This document shows, in pieces, positions 38,792 to 54,729 of a DNA stretch of 64,000 nucleotides. How positions within the stretch are numbered: position 1 is the first letter of the stretch; every line of letters begins with the position of its first letter. The stretch is taken from contig CM022677.1 of NCBI GenBank assembly GCA_012295275.1, positions 11,656,001-11,720,000 on the forward strand, written 5' to 3'. The DNA is from Chrysomallon squamiferum. Lineage: Eukaryota; Animalia; Mollusca. The translations under genes were made by a program, and so were the position numbers. The notes under the pieces are model-generated. The model worked only from the letters and a program-made list of their open reading frames with translations, had not been told where the DNA came from and ran no database searches.

Positions 38792-41546
38792 TAATAAAAT
38801 TACTTAAAAAAAAAAAAAGATGAATGAATGTGTATTGTTTTATAGTCTCAATTTTAACAAACATAGTAAATTTCGCTGTGATTGCTTTGAATGCCAGTCT
38901 TTAATTTTCTATGAGGTACTGCATATAGGGAAAATATTCATAACAAAAATCTGCATGAACATTTTCCCATTCCCTTGTTTATTATCATATCACCTTTTTC
39001 CACTAAATATGTTTTCACAGAGCTACTTCTCACAAGAAATTACTGAAAACAATTCTAGCTCTGAAATTCACCTAGGAAAGCCACTACATCAGGTAAGAGA
39101 TAAAATAAAACAGTATAAAAAAATTGTTAATGATATATAAATATGTATATCAATGGTTTCAATATGATCACATAGAAAAAAAAAAATGACTAAAATTATT
39201 GTTAAAATAATTATCAAATATTTATGAAATGTCAGGGATAAAGTAGAACACCACATCTTTAGAGTTTTCAGTGGAAGGAGAAGAATTTTATGAAAGACAA
39301 CAGGAATGATTTACATCAATTAACGATTTTGACAAACAAGATTTTTCTGGCTGTCATTTCATCAAAGAGAAAATAACATCTTCAAATAGTAATAAAATAC
39401 CAATACTATGTTTGTGGACAGTAAAAAAAAAAAAAAAAAAATAATGAATTACATACAGAAGTGCATGTTAAAATTATCAGATATATTAGACAGAGAGAAG
39501 CGACATACTGACAGAAGACTCAAAACATTCTCCAGTTCATGATGTAATTGTATTAAGAGATGTCGAAGTTGGCAGAACCATCTGATCAGTGATTAAACAA
39601 AGAATGGATATTTACAAAATGTGCATTTATGAATCTTCTGGAAATGATTCTGGGATCATTGATTAGAATTGTACAGTTTTTCAGAAGAGTCATTTTTCAA
39701 TGTTAGATTTAAGTTCACATAAATAAATTGTTTTCTTAAAGGTCTACCTTGTTTCTTATCTTTGCTTTTAAGGCGTATTAAATAATTATCCTTTATTTTT
39801 GTTGCTTTCAGTTCAATAAAAACATATTTGTTTAAAGTTATACAATGCAAAAGTGAAAGTTAAATATAATATTTACATTACTCCTAAACTGACTGAAGTA
39901 GAAGCCACTGTTCAGAGGTGAACAAGAAACATCAGGAGCCAAAACATCGGCACCTTTCTTTGGATACGGCTACAAAACAAAACCAAGCAGAACAGCACAG
40001 ACAAGAAAGTTAAATTACACAGCCTTACCAAGAACAACAGTTACCATGACAACAATTTCAGACATCTACCATCAAGCATACAAATTCAGCAACCTTGTTC
40101 TACAACAAAAGTTTCAAAATTCTCAAAGAGCACTTGGGTTCTGGAAACTGTTCACCTATTCTTATACTGGATTACATTATTCATCAGACAATGGTAATCA
40201 TAATTTTAATACCATCAGCCATGAACATGAAAACTGTATGGCACTTGTGATAGTATTTGGCTATAAAAATATTGTCTTTTCATCTAACAACCATCAACAA
40301 TAGATATTCACAGGTTGCACACTTCCTGCCCTTATGTGACTCATAAATATCAGCACTGGGCAGACAACGGGTGCAAGCAATGAAAAATTTCCAGTGGGTT
40401 TAATAATCATTATAAATGATTACTTTTCATATTTTTGTAATTTTATCATTTGACCATTTAATACAAATTATTTGAAATTGCAGATACTCAAAGATTAAGG
40501 AGACAAGGATCCAATATACATGATGAAATTCTTACCTTATTAAATTACCACTCTCAGCAGATGAAGTGACATTGAACGGTTTTTAGAATGCGTTAGAAAC
40601 ATTTTATGAAGAATTTTAAAAATAAAAATGAAATTAGAATGTCATATTTAACAATGCTGAAAGCTTTTCAAATTGTGGATTTTTTTTAAATATTATATTG
40701 TTTTGATTGTCAGTGTTGTACTAACTGGCTGAAGATTTAGAAATATAAAAAGGAACACATATAAAACACTACTTTCAGAGATGAATTAGCTAGTGTGAAC
40801 ATTTTGAAAATAACTTTCGCAGAAAATAAAGAGAAAGATTTAAGATGTCTGAAAGTGTTTTGATATTTTAATTTTGGTACCTGCTACACAACAGTTACAT
40901 ATTCTATCTTGCTTATTCTCTTTGCACCTACTGTACAAAACAAAAATAATAAAAATAAAAAGTAATATAAAGCATAGGGGCTGACAGTTTCAAATATTTC
41001 CATAACCAGAACAAAACAGCATCATCATCAACAACAACAAGCTGTTACTACTAGTACAGACTTTGTTCCCTTTTGTTGGCACCTGTCATCAAAGAGATGT
41101 TTTTGTTGTCATCCAGAACTGGTACTGAAAGAAAAAACAGGCAGTGTATGATATTAAACATCCATATTACAGTTTCAATATACAAAATTACATTAAACAT
41201 CCAAATGTAGTTCTCTCTCATTCCCCTCAGTAAAAATGAATGTAATTTAATTTTTAAACAACTGCTACAATTACATAACTATACAAAGACAGTAAGAAAG
41301 ACAACAATGCTATAAGAATGTTTTATGCATCACTTAATTTTCTTTTTTCAAATGGAAGTAGAGAAAGACATCAGTGAAATCCAAGCCATCATTGCAACCA
41401 TATGTTCATCTTGTGCATTTTTTATGACGTATTTTTGAAAATGTTTTATTTTTTTCTTTGTTATTTTTCCTTATTCAAATTCTATAGTTTTCTATTTTTT
41501 TCTTTTTATTATTTTTTGTTTTGTTTCTATTAGTGATTGCTTAACA

Positions 41547-41597
<51 letters not shown>

Positions 41598-42187
41598 TTT
41601 AAATATATATTTATCACCTGCCTTTTTTCTGAATCAAGCTGGGACTTGGCTGCCAATCTGGTAATGGAGACAGGCTTCATGAAGAATTTTCTCATCTACA
41701 TCACCAGTAGTACTCTGAAACACATTAGTTAAAATTACTTAACTACACACATTTGTTACAATTACCAATTAAAAGATTGTTTCTTTTTCATTTTTAAAAA
41801 CATTATTTTTCCTGTAATTCTGTTTTATGTTTCAGTTACAATTAGAAATGTGTATTATTCTAGCATGTGTAAAAATTATTTTTAATATTCTGTTTTTTTG
41901 TGAAATTGTACCCCGATTTTTTGCTAAAGTTCAAATGTAAACCTGGAGTTAAGAGAATTTCAATAAAAAATACTGAAAAACAAAGAAAGATTATAATTAA
42001 AATAATGAATTGCCCCAAATCTTTCTCATTCAAAAGACAAATTAAGAAAAGTACTCACCTCCCTGCTACTGACACCATGACAGAACAGCTGAAAAAAAGA
42101 AGTTGATAAATGAAAGTTCTGGAAAAAATAAAATACTGTAAAATGCAGCTGATAATAACTAAAACAGCAACTGCCTAGTTTATTTTC

Positions 42188-42239
<52 letters not shown>

Positions 42240-42792
42240 TAATCATTTTTTGTCTGTAAGTAAAATTAAAGATGACAAGAATGTGTAGTTACTAACAAAG
42301 TGAATAACATTCATCTCGAACTGAACAAAATTATTATCTATTGTCTAATCAAGCACTGACAATATTCTTTCCTTGATCAATTAATTACTATTGTGTTTCA
42401 AACAATTAGAAGATTTACATCTAGTAAGTGATAAGGATTGATCAGTTATGTATCCGATCTCTACTCAGTCAACCTTGGATTGATATTGTAATTATACGGA
42501 ACAGAAAAAAAAAAAAAATGGCTGACGTTTGACTGGTTACGATTAGTGAATTTTCCAAAACTGTTCTAGCACTGTTGCATGAACGCTTGATACTCCAAGA
42601 ATAGGGCTACAAGAATCTGATATTTCTTACATGGTGAAGAAACTCTTACCTTATTAAATTATCAGTTTCAGCAGATGAAGTGACTTTAAAAGATTATAAG
42701 AATACGAACGGTCGTTTACTAAATGTTCAGCTACTTTATATTGGAACGTCTTCACAGCGCTTAATTGACGTCACAAACCCCAGCAAAAACTG

Positions 42793-42856
<64 letters not shown>

Positions 42857-43287
42857 CAAAATAAAATAAAATAGTGATACTTTTATGATATTAAAGTGTA
42901 TTTGATTATTATAATCTTTGCTAACAATTGTTTTTAGCTGATATTCAGTAAAATAAAATATAGTCTAAGCACATTTTAGATATTTTCTGAAAACAGTGCT
43001 AGTTAAAATATTGGTTAAACAGTGTAGTAATTCATAATTAATTCTGAATATAAGCTGAGGCCTGTTAGTTTAAAGATTAACCATAACACAAAATGTGTGC
43101 AAGTGCATGTGTATTTGTCTGTGTGTTCTTTTATCGAATATTTCACTCGGATTTCATTTTATTTTAATTTCTTAATATTAATTTTTATTATTTTTATTTT
43201 TTAATGAACGTCTTCATACTCTGACAGGAAAGGAAGTAATATTTTGGATGTGGCAGGTCAAAAAAACAACAACGAAAACTGAACCTT

Positions 43288-43713
43288 TCTTTAAAAATGT
43301 ATCATAAGAGATTGTTTTTTGTATTACCAGAGCAGAATGATTAATGATTGATTGTAATAAGTGAGGAACTTTATCAGTTTGTACACAGTCTCAGGAAAAA
43401 GACAGAATGTTGTTGGTTTTTTGTACCTTTTCGGTTTCACTTTTATTTCATTATCTTTGATCATCTTCCTTATTCTTTTTCTCTCTCTCTCATTATATTT
43501 TCTTTAAAAATGTATCATAAGAGATTGTTTTTTGTATTACCAGAGCAGAATGATTAACGATTGATTGTAATAAGTGAGGAACTTTATCATTTTGTACACA
43601 GTCTCAGGAAAAAGACAGAATGTTGTTGGTTTTTTGTACCTTTTCGGTTTCACTTTTATTTCATTATCTTTGATCATCTTCCTTATTCTTTTTCTCTCTC
43701 TCTCATTATATTT
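43288..43713. repeat. 213-bp near-perfect tandem duplication
   Basis: 43288-43500 and 43501-43713 both begin tctttaaaaatgtatcataagagattg and differ at only a few positions. Confidence 0.95.
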
Positions 43714-44894
43714 TTCTCCCTGTCTTCAATATAAAAATTTCCATTTGAATCAAAGAACATCTTTAAAATACTCATCTATTTATTTTTTGACATTTTCCTC
43801 CTGTATTTTTCGGGGATAATATTAAGATGAATCCTTGCTTTTAAAATTAAAGTTTGGTCTTTACTCAGAAAACTGATGGAGTAAAAAAAAAATAAAAAAA
43901 ATAAAATAAAAGATTTTAATAATGCGCGTCCCCTTTACGATCTTTAGTTGACTAAACTTTTTTTATTTCTTTCTCTTTGATCTTCTTCCTTTTTTTTTTT
44001 TCTCTGTCTCATTGTATCTTTCTTTCTGTCTTCATCGTTGTCTCTTTCTTTTTCGTTCTTTAAAAATACCATAAAATTCTATGACTATCTGTTTGAGAAA
44101 TTTTATTTGGTAACTGTTTATTTTTTATTTCAGGCAGTGTGTGTAAGAAAAAACTAAATGGAAAGTGTTATATGGTTGAGGAGCAAGAGAACATTTGGGG
44201 TATTTTCTCATCACACAAATATGTTAACACACCACACCCTAGATATGTACCTGCTGTCTTCTGTTCAGAGAAATATCTATTTAACTTACACTTGTTGTTT
44301 AGATGTTATAATTAATAATGTTGATATTTAATAAAATAAATATAATTTTTTTCATTTTCTTGTGTTGCCTTGTTTTTAATTATTAATGCATTTTTAAGAT
44401 AAATATGAATGAACTGTTATGAATGCAGTAAACATTTCTACCAAAAACTTTGAACACATTTCTGTAACAGTAATCTAAATATTCCAATGAAGAAATGTGT
44501 GAATGTTGTTTATAATTTTCATTACACTTTATTAATCTTGAACTCCGAAGTCCCAGAAAAACATGCTGTGTTAGTTAAGAAAGTGCACACTTCAGCATCA
44601 AACCTATCTCTGAAAATATATCCTTTTTCACAGAACATGATTACTGTAAACACTCACGTGAAAACAAATGTGATTTCTTCAAGTGAGGATAATGTAAATT
44701 CTCTTAACCCACTTGATCGCTGACTGTAAATCATAAAATAAAAGACCTGAATTGATATAAGGAAAATGTTTTTATTAGTTTGCGTACATTTCAATACAAA
44801 TATTGAGTCCTTTTTTCACATTCGCAGTTTACAAAAGGCATTTTTCTTACACTTTCATATTCACAAAATAAATTTAAATAGGATAAGTTTACAT

Positions 44895-44947
<53 letters not shown>

Positions 44948-47900
44948 GTATATACATTTTCCTCCTACATTTTTCGGTGATAATATTAAAAGGAATCCTT
45001 GCATTTAGAATTAATGTTTGGTCTTTATTCAGAAACCTGAAAAACGCCTTCAGCTAATATTACTGCCGTTTTTACGACAAAACTGTGCGAAATTGTTTAA
45101 CGTTTGTTATGAATTCACCAGTTCTCTGATCAAAAAAAATTCTAGGTCCCAGAAAAAGGAAATATTTTATTATAAACGACATTAACGTTGTATTTTGAAA
45201 ATTTCATATGTTGAATAATTTTGTAAAGTTCTCGTAAGATAGAAACTTAATATCTCCGCTTCGCATCGAAATATGAAAATCTTCTTTCAACATTAATATT
45301 AATATGATTTCTCCCCCCCAAACAAAAATTAATGTCCTTCTTATATCCTGAAAAATTATGGTGTGTTAACATCAATAATAAGACTATACAGAAACGCGTG
45401 AAGTGCTAGATGAATATTGTATTTATTATTGTATTGATATTACTGAAAATTAACTCTGCACCTTTCAGTGTCACAATGTGATACTTTGTTTTATGACCGC
45501 AGTAACATGACATTCCGCGACACAATTTACATCTCTCCCTACATGCAATTACATGATTTATCTAAAATTCAAATTTATCAAATTATGCAATTAAAATATA
45601 TCAGATTTTTTTTTAAAGTAAGTTAATCTAGAATGAAAGTCCATGTTTATTCATTAATATATCTGATGATCTCTAATTAATGTAATTTTAATGTCTCATA
45701 TAAATAATACAGACGTTATAAAACTTGCGTCTTATTTTGTTATCGGTGGGTAACATTATCAGTGTAAACAGCGATATTCTTTAGTTAACTGTGGTTTTAT
45801 AAAAGTTCACGATTTCCCATGTAATTTATATTATAAATAAACCAATTAATTATTATTATTATCATTATTATATACTTTTTCAATTTCCTGTTTGTTTATA
45901 TAGAAACAAAAAAATGTTAGCTTAGGTATCTATGTTGTGTGTGTGTGTGTGTTTATTTTATTGTTGTTGTTTTTATTTATTTATTTTAATTTAAAGCTAC
46001 CGAATTAAAATGACAACACTAAAACTGCTTGACCGGCATCCTGATAAAGATGAGACAAGAATCATTTTTTAATTTTTTTATTTGAAATTGTCTCAAATGT
46101 CTGAAATGCCGTCAGTGTTTGGCAAAAATGGAAAAGAAAAACAAAGAGGAATAAAAAGACGCCCACAAACATAAATCAGAATAGTGACATGGCTCATGCT
46201 AGGATGTCACCAAACAATTTTTGTTATGATAAAATTATTTAAAAGATGTTTGTATAGAGGTGAACTAAGTATGCTTTATTTTGTATACGTCTTTGAATGC
46301 AAAAGAACCAAATAATAAATTTTAGCTTTTAAAAATACGTTAGTGAGTTTTCATCAGAGTGTCTTAGATACACCTGTCTTATTAGTTCATATTTGTCTTT
46401 CTGAATGAATTCATTCAAGAAAACGAAAACGAAAGATAAATTAAAAACGACGTTAAAATAATCTTTTAAATTTTACTTTTAAAAATAACAATCCAGAAAC
46501 ATGTTTTAAATTTTGTTGTAAAAGAAAGTAATAGTAAGTGATAGTAGATATGAAAGTCGTATAAAAATAATATCGATTTAAACACTCGGAATATATTTAT
46601 ATTATGAAAAATTAGAATGTAATTAGATATTCTGTCTCGTCGACACAGACTTATTATTTTCATCTACATCCAGTGGTTATGAATAATAAAAGTTTTATTT
46701 ATTTTATTTTATTTATTTATTTATGTATTTGTTTATTTATTTATTTATGTTTAAACTGTTCTACCCAGTGTTACTACACTTGAAAAGTTTTAATGTGTTC
46801 CTTTCTTTATTTATGCACGATGTATACATCTGTCAGATTAGCTAGACAGTATTGCAGATTTTATATCGTAAATCTTAAAATATTTAACTTAAAATTTATG
46901 TTAATGACATAGTGGTCTAAACTTTTGTATAAAATTTCAGAGTTACTAGTACTAGTACTAAAAAAAAGGAACATATGTTAGTTAATTAATTTTCTCTGAA
47001 TTTTGTTTCATTAAACAAATTTAGCATTTTTAATTAATTTGTTTGTGTCTGTTTTGTGATTTCTTACAGCACTGACTATCTGACGATACAACATTTCCCT
47101 ATCCTCCTTCTTTACTCTTGTTTAGAAGTGTTTATCTTTACAGACGCTAACACAGTAGACATATACTGTAATAAAATATTTTATCACTGTTAATCTCCAT
47201 GTACTTAGACATCTACCTAACAACATACATGTATTTGTCTTGACTCATTATTTCGTTATTCACATTTATCACATTGAAAAGAAAATAATATTTTAAACTC
47301 TTTAATACAGTTTTAACCCCCCCACACACACACGAATATTAATAATCAAAAGAAATGTTACCACATACAATTGAAATTTCAGAAATATACTAAAACATAT
47401 TTACTTTCATATGTTTTTATTTAACATTTCAGCACACCAGGAAAAGACACCCGAAAAGGTGAATATACCCTTCATTTGATTAGTTTCTACTTTGTTATTG
47501 ATAATTGAACTGATAGAATAAATATGCCAGTGCACACACACACACACACGCACACACGTTTTAAATGTTGTGCCATTATGAACTGTTTGATGGGATTATT
47601 TGTTGTATTAACGCATTCATATACGAGATATCTTAAACCCACTACATAAAGGAAAATGATTATTTATTTCCAGTTTCTCTGCGTTGTTGAAGATAAAAAT
47701 GTGTTATTTAAAAAAAAAAAAATTCAGTCCTTGTTTTCAGACCTATATGAGACATTGTTAATGGACAATAATAAGCAATTTACTGTAATTGAGTTCCAAG
47801 CTTTGTGATTTTTTATATATTTATTATGATTATTATTATTGTTGTTGTTTTATTTATGAGTTACTTGACATTTCTTATGTTTTAAAGTTCTGTTTATTAT

Positions 47901-48302
47901 GTTAGTAGAAGAACTACAAATGTACAGTATAATACATCATTTTTTTTCATTGAATACAGAAGCATTCACATCATTTCTGGACCATTTTGTCCTAGATGGC
48001 TAATTTTCTTCAGTTCCACTAACTTTTTTTTTTTCAATCTTCGGAAAACTGTGTGTAATGGTATTTTAAACATTTCTAGTTTGTTTTGTTGTTACAAACA
48101 AGTCTGGAAGAATTAAAAAAGAAGGATGCAAGCAAGGCAGATCAAAAATTGTTCTCAGTTTCCCTTCTTTTTTTAAATATTTACTGTCAGATTTAATTTA
48201 TTTATTTACATTTTGTTTTGTTTTGGTGTACTTCCTTCTTATTATTATTATTACTACTACTCCTTTTTATTGCTATTATGTTTTATTTTGTATTATTATT
48301 TT

Positions 48303-48502
48303 NNNNNNNNNNNNNNNNNNNNNNNNNNNNNNNNNNNNNNNNNNNNNNNNNNNNNNNNNNNNNNNNNNNNNNNNNNNNNNNNNNNNNNNNNNNNNNNNNN
48401 NNNNNNNNNNNNNNNNNNNNNNNNNNNNNNNNNNNNNNNNNNNNNNNNNNNNNNNNNNNNNNNNNNNNNNNNNNNNNNNNNNNNNNNNNNNNNNNNNNNN
48501 NN
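48303..48502. other. Assembly gap (200 N)
   Basis: Run of n; the round length suggests a scaffolding gap of unknown true size. Confidence 1.
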
Positions 48503-49010
48503 ATCTCTATCATCTTTCATTCTCTCTACTTTTCCCTGTCTCTTTATCTATATCGCTATCATTTGTCTCTTTCATTCTACCGATAGCTTATCTGTCTCTC
48601 GATCTGTATGCCTATCAATTATCTTTCTACGTTTATCTCTATCACTTGTCTGTCTATGTACCCATATTTCTATCATTTTTCTCTCAACCTATGTTTCTAT
48701 CACTTGTCTCTCTGCATTTACCTCTATCACTTGTCTGTCTCATTAATTATATCTCATCACTTCTCTGTCCCATTACCTTTATCTCTATCATTTGTCTGTC
48801 TCTCTCTACTTATATCTCTGTCATTTGTCTGTCTCTCTCTACTTATATCTCTATCATTTGTCTGTCTCTCTCTACTTATATCTCTATCATTTGTCTGTCT
48901 CTCTCATCTTATATCTCTATCACCTGTCTTCCTCTCTACCTTTCTCTATCTTTCGCTATGAAGAAATTCTGTTTTCTCTATCTTTCTATTCTCTTTTTTT
49001 CTACTGGTTC

Positions 49011-49110
<100 letters not shown>

Positions 49111-49397
49111 GTCTTTGCCTCTCCAACTCAGTCTGCCCCATGTCTCAGTCTACCTATAATCTCTACCACTTGTCTTTCTCTACTTATAGCTCTGTCACTT
49201 TTGTCTCTTTACCTGTATGTCCATCTCTGCCTATATCGCTATAATTTGTCTGTCTCTCTCTACATGTATCACTTATATCTCTGCCTATTTTTCTATCTCT
49301 TTCAGTTGTCTACCTATCTGTATTTCTATTACATATCTCTCTATATACATTTTGAGTCTCTCTCTCTCTCTATATATATATATCTCTATTACCTATT

Positions 49398-49439
<42 letters not shown>

Positions 49440-51143
49440 TTATCTGTATCCCTATTTGTCTACCTATCTGTTTATCAACTTATATATTTATTTGTTGTAA
49501 AACAAGAAATTAATGCATGAGATAAACTAATGCAAAGATAGGATTTATGCTACTGGTTCATAATTTGACCATACATCTTTTTTTAAATTACCTGGTTAGA
49601 AGTATTTTTTATTATCTATATAATTTTTTATTCATCTATAATTATATATTTAGTCTAACATGGAGGTTAAAACTGGCTGTGTGTAACCAGCTTCATCTGA
49701 GTAATTGTAACTCAGTGAGCTCAATAGCTGAGGATATATTAAATAACTATTAGCAGTCCATTGTTTTGAGTTTGGAATAATAAACCAGATTAGCATTCTC
49801 ATCAATAACAGCAACAACAATCAAACATTTTTTTTCAAAAAGGTCATATTACAAAATATGGTCTCTATTGATTTGTCTATCTACACAGCTGTGTGTTATC
49901 AATCCATCCATCCTTCCATCCAGCAAATCTGTGTCAATGAATTCACTTATCCATATACCTGTGCATACATATATATCTGTCTCTATTTCACATATTTTCA
50001 CTATATTACTGTCTGTCTCTGTTGGCTTACCAATACAACAGTCTTGTAACCCATCTATTGATCTATCTACCTCTCTTTCTTTTTCTAATTATCTATCTAT
50101 TAATCTGTCTTGTTATCTCCCTATATCTCCATCAGTCAACCTCTTTTTCACCATCTGTTGATCAATCCATCTTTGAATCTTTTCTGTTTCCTTATCTCAG
50201 CACATCTATCCCTGAATCCATACTGTGATGCATATCTACACACACACTACACAGACATACACACAGACATACACACACATACACACAGACATACACACAT
50301 ATTCACACTGACATATACATACACATATTCACACTGACATATACATACACACAATCACACTGACATATACATACACACAAATACACACATACATTAACAT
50401 ATACACACAAAAACACACATACACTGACATATACTCTCACACACACATGCACACACACACAAATATTGACGCATTCCTACATACACAGATGCACAGACAT
50501 ATACAAACAAAAAACACAGACATATACATACACACTCAAACATACAGACATGTACATACACACACACACAGACATAAACATACACATAGACACTCACAGA
50601 CATATATATACACATACAAAAATACACATACAAATCTGGAACATTCACATGCACAGATTAATATAGTTAATTTGATAATGATGGCAAACTTTGCTCAGAT
50701 TTGACAGTGAAGTGTAACAAGCCTGTTTGACAGCTGACTGGTTTTCTCTGACCCAGTCTGGAAGATGATCTACTTCCTGTAATGCTAACTCTACATAACT
50801 GTGAATGGCTTCCTGTGATCCTCCTCACAACAACCACAGTTGGGAAATATTTATATGTCATAACCTATTCTTAAGTACTCACTTCTGTCTATACTCTGTT
50901 GGCCTGTTTGTCTTTCTGTATATAGAAAGGACTTTCAAATTAATGGCACTGTATTCGAAATTAGAAAAAGTAGCAATACCCTATATATAGATTGCTAAGA
51001 TTCAAATGGTAACCACACGAATTTTTAAATTTAAATGAATAAAATCTCATATCATTTCTGAAATGAGTTTGAACACTTCAAAATAATAAATAAATCTGTT
51101 CAAATGGTTGGTATTTGTTAATTGTTAGTATTTGATTAATGGT

Positions 51144-51261
<118 letters not shown>

Positions 51262-51594
51262 AAATAACGTATCAGTATGAAAATACTACATTTTCAGAGG
51301 GAAACGAAATTTTTATGAAAACATACATACTTACAGTCGTAGTGAAACCCAGATTTCTCTTTCTCTAATCATAATAAATAACATACAAATTTTATATTAT
51401 CAAAACGGAATTTCGTAACAAATTTAAATTCTTAATCTTATTTTTACTCTGAATATCATTAATGAAGAAATATTAAGTTTTTATTAAAGACCATTTTAAA
51501 TATATGAAATATATAAATGCACAAATATAGATAATACTTCTACTACTACCACTACTACTACTAGTAGTAGTAATAATAATAATAATAATCTATA

Positions 51595-51650
<56 letters not shown>

Positions 51651-52020
51651 GTCAGTTTCATAGACTAGGTAGTCTAAGGGAAATAACTGTTTCCATTAAA
51701 AATAGGAATGAACATAACGATGATAATTTACAACAGCATTAAGAACAAAACAAATTTTGAAAAAGGAAATTAAAAATAATAATAATGATATATTTTCGAA
51801 TTTAGATTTTATTTTTCATTTAATTCGTTGAGTTGATTTCTAAAGAAATTATGAAAAAAAATTACATTATATTTGTTTATTGTATATGGGATATGCTGTT
51901 TAATTATTCCGAGAAGATAACAAAAAATAATTGAAATAATAATAATAAAAAAATATTCACATAGTAGAAGATCGTAACAACAGAATAAGAAAGAAATAGT
52001 TTAAGAAATAAAAACGAATA

Positions 52021-52130
52021 ATTGTGGGCGTGTCCATCGCAGAGATTGTGGAAAAATCACATTCTTTTATATATAATATTGTCACGTGACATATTTCCTG
52101 TCACCATGACCTGTGAACGGAAGTGGGATG
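52021..52130. promoter_or_regulatory. Candidate promoter motif cluster (Sp/KLF, E-box/CLEAR, ETS), copy 2
   Basis: gggcgtg (52026), palindromic gtcacgtgac (52081-52090), acggaagtg (~52117). Confidence 0.35.
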
Positions 52131-52586
52131 AGTTTACTCTGCCAAGTAAAAGTTATATCGATTAGACTATCTCCCTTTAGAGATATGTGTTCACAAACAT
52201 AGATTAGAGTTATGTCTCTTACATGAGATGTACTCACTAAGCAAAGTAAAAATTATATCGATTAGAGTTATCTCCCTTTAGTGATATGTGTTCACAAACA
52301 GATTAGAGTTATGTCCCTTACGTGAGATGTACTCACTAATCTAACTAAAAATTATATCGATTAGAGTTATCTCCCTTTAGTGATAAGTGTTCACAAACAC
52401 AGAGTTATGTCGCTTACATGAGATGTACTCACTAAGCAAAGTAAAATTATATCGATTAGAGGTTATCTCCCTTTAGTGACATGTGTTCACAAATACAGAT
52501 TAGAGTTATGTCCCTTACGTGAGATGTACTCACTAAGCTTACGTACGCTAATTATTAGGCGACTGAGATGATAGAAAAATTATGAT

Positions 52587-53026
52587 TAGTCGCCCCAAAA
52601 AATATTATTTGGGTGACCTGTTTTTTCTGTAAGTTATAACACAAGATAATAATTTTATAATAATTTGATAGCAAATATTTATTTCACATAAAACAGTTGC
52701 CCACAGTTCCATAAATTGGACATATCGGCTTACCTTATTTGCCAACATCTGTTTATAAACTCTACGTTAAAGGATTATCGGTTGGTTAACGAAACAAGTT
52801 ATCATAGGAGTACCTCTGAAACTAATTGTTTGCTATTGTTTATCCTTTCACATTCCACCTTTAATTGCCTAAAGTGAAGCCAACGAAAACATTTAGCGAA
52901 CTTTTTAAGCGTTACGTAAAATGTTATCGGTTGGTTAACGGAACAAGTTATCATGGAAGATAACTCTATAACCTTGTATTTGCTATTGTTTTTCGTTTTC
53001 AGTTCCGGTAGGATTACTTAACCGGA

Positions 53027-53060
<34 letters not shown>

Positions 53061-53535
53061 AAAAAAAAATAAAATAAAAGAAATAAAGAAAAAATACTAA
53101 AAAGAATAGTTGAATGCCTGCATATTTTATAGAGGAAAGTCATTGATTTTCTTATTTTTGTCACACGCTAAACCTTACTCACTGTCATTTCATGTTGCTT
53201 TCCTTTAATTTTTATTTCTTTTGAAACATCCAAGCGTATAATACTATAAATTATTATTATTATTATATAATTCCATTTTTGTCAAGGTTTGTTTGAAAAT
53301 GTCTTACCAGCTGATTTGTTTAACTATAACTAAATTTATTATAATTAATAAAGAATTTTCGTATTTCATTTTAGATGCTGACAAGTTAAGGTAAGCAGAT
53401 ACTTTGAATTTACCGAACTACGAACAAACCTTTTATTTGAAATAAATATTTGCTTTAAAATTATTGATAGTGGCTCTTATGTTATAACTTATAGAAAAAA
53501 AGAGATGATCCAAAATATATTTTTTGGGCGACTAA
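52587..53535. mobile_element. Putative MITE/foldback element, copy 2
   Basis: Inverted arms 52587-52750 and 53373-53535; mirror of 8942-9890. Confidence 0.6.
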
Positions 53536-54729
53536 ACCGTAATTTTTTTTTCAAATTTCGAGCCTTGTGCTTAGGTCAGTGCATAATCATCAGCTTGAAA
53601 GACAGTATGCCATTTTTCTTCTAAAGTAATATTATTTATTCATATTAGAGAGAGTTATATAATTAAATTTGGAAATCAAAATTTTTTAAGTTTTAATCAA
53701 TTGTAATATATTTTATCTGGATAAACAGGAGTCATTAAAATGATTTTTATAAAAAAAAAAAAAAAAAAAAAAAAAAGTATGATCTGAATTAGGACAGTTA
53801 TTTCAAATAATTTACCACAGTATAAGTATTATAAGAATTCAGATTTGTTTTTGTTTTGCTGCTGAAAAAGATTATGATTCTTCTGGGATTTCTTCAAAGC
53901 ATTCCAATGAACAAAGCAGAATTTGTATGGGTTTTTTCATTAGTATTTTTCCTTTTTAAGCAGCAGCTAATTTGTAATTTCTCCTTCATTTTTATAGAGG
54001 ACATTTGAATGTGCATGTATGGGGTGTGTGGATGTGTGGGGGTTAAATTTTGTTTTCATTTTTATTTTTAAGAAAAAGCTAATTGTCTTCTTCAGTTTCA
54101 CTTGTCAGTACAGAAAGTTCACATTCCAAACAGCCCACTCCAGCCTGAACCAGTTTACTTCCTTGTGTCAAGAAAATGTGGAATTTTTAAAATATCTTCT
54201 GAAGTTCTGTGTCAGCCAATCTATCAGCTGGTGAGTCAGTTAATCTATTAATTAAATAATTATTTTGTGTTGGTGTATTTGCTTTTTGTTTTCTTTGTTA
54301 TTGCTATTTATTTATTTGTTCAACCTATGTGATTGTGTTATTTTATGTTATGTTTTTGATTTTATTTAGTCAAACATTTGTTTGAATTAAAGTTTTACTC
54401 TCAGTTTTTCACTGTTGCTATCAAGATTTTTTTAAATGTAAATTCAATGTTTAATTCATTAAATATGTCATATAGCATTTGGTTGTCACTGGAAAAATGT
54501 GGACAGAGAAATAAGTAATGTTTCATGGTTTCAGAAATTCCACAGCTACAGTTTGGTGTTGTGTTTATTTTGTGTTTGAATTTGATTGTGTTTAGATTGG
54601 TGGAGTAGCTGATTCTGAGTTTGGTAAGGTTGTTATGTAGTTTGTTACTAAAATGATTTTTTTTGTTTTGATGATGAAAGGTGTAATTAATTTTGTTGAT
54701 TTTTTTTATTTTTTTACTATTTTGCTTGA

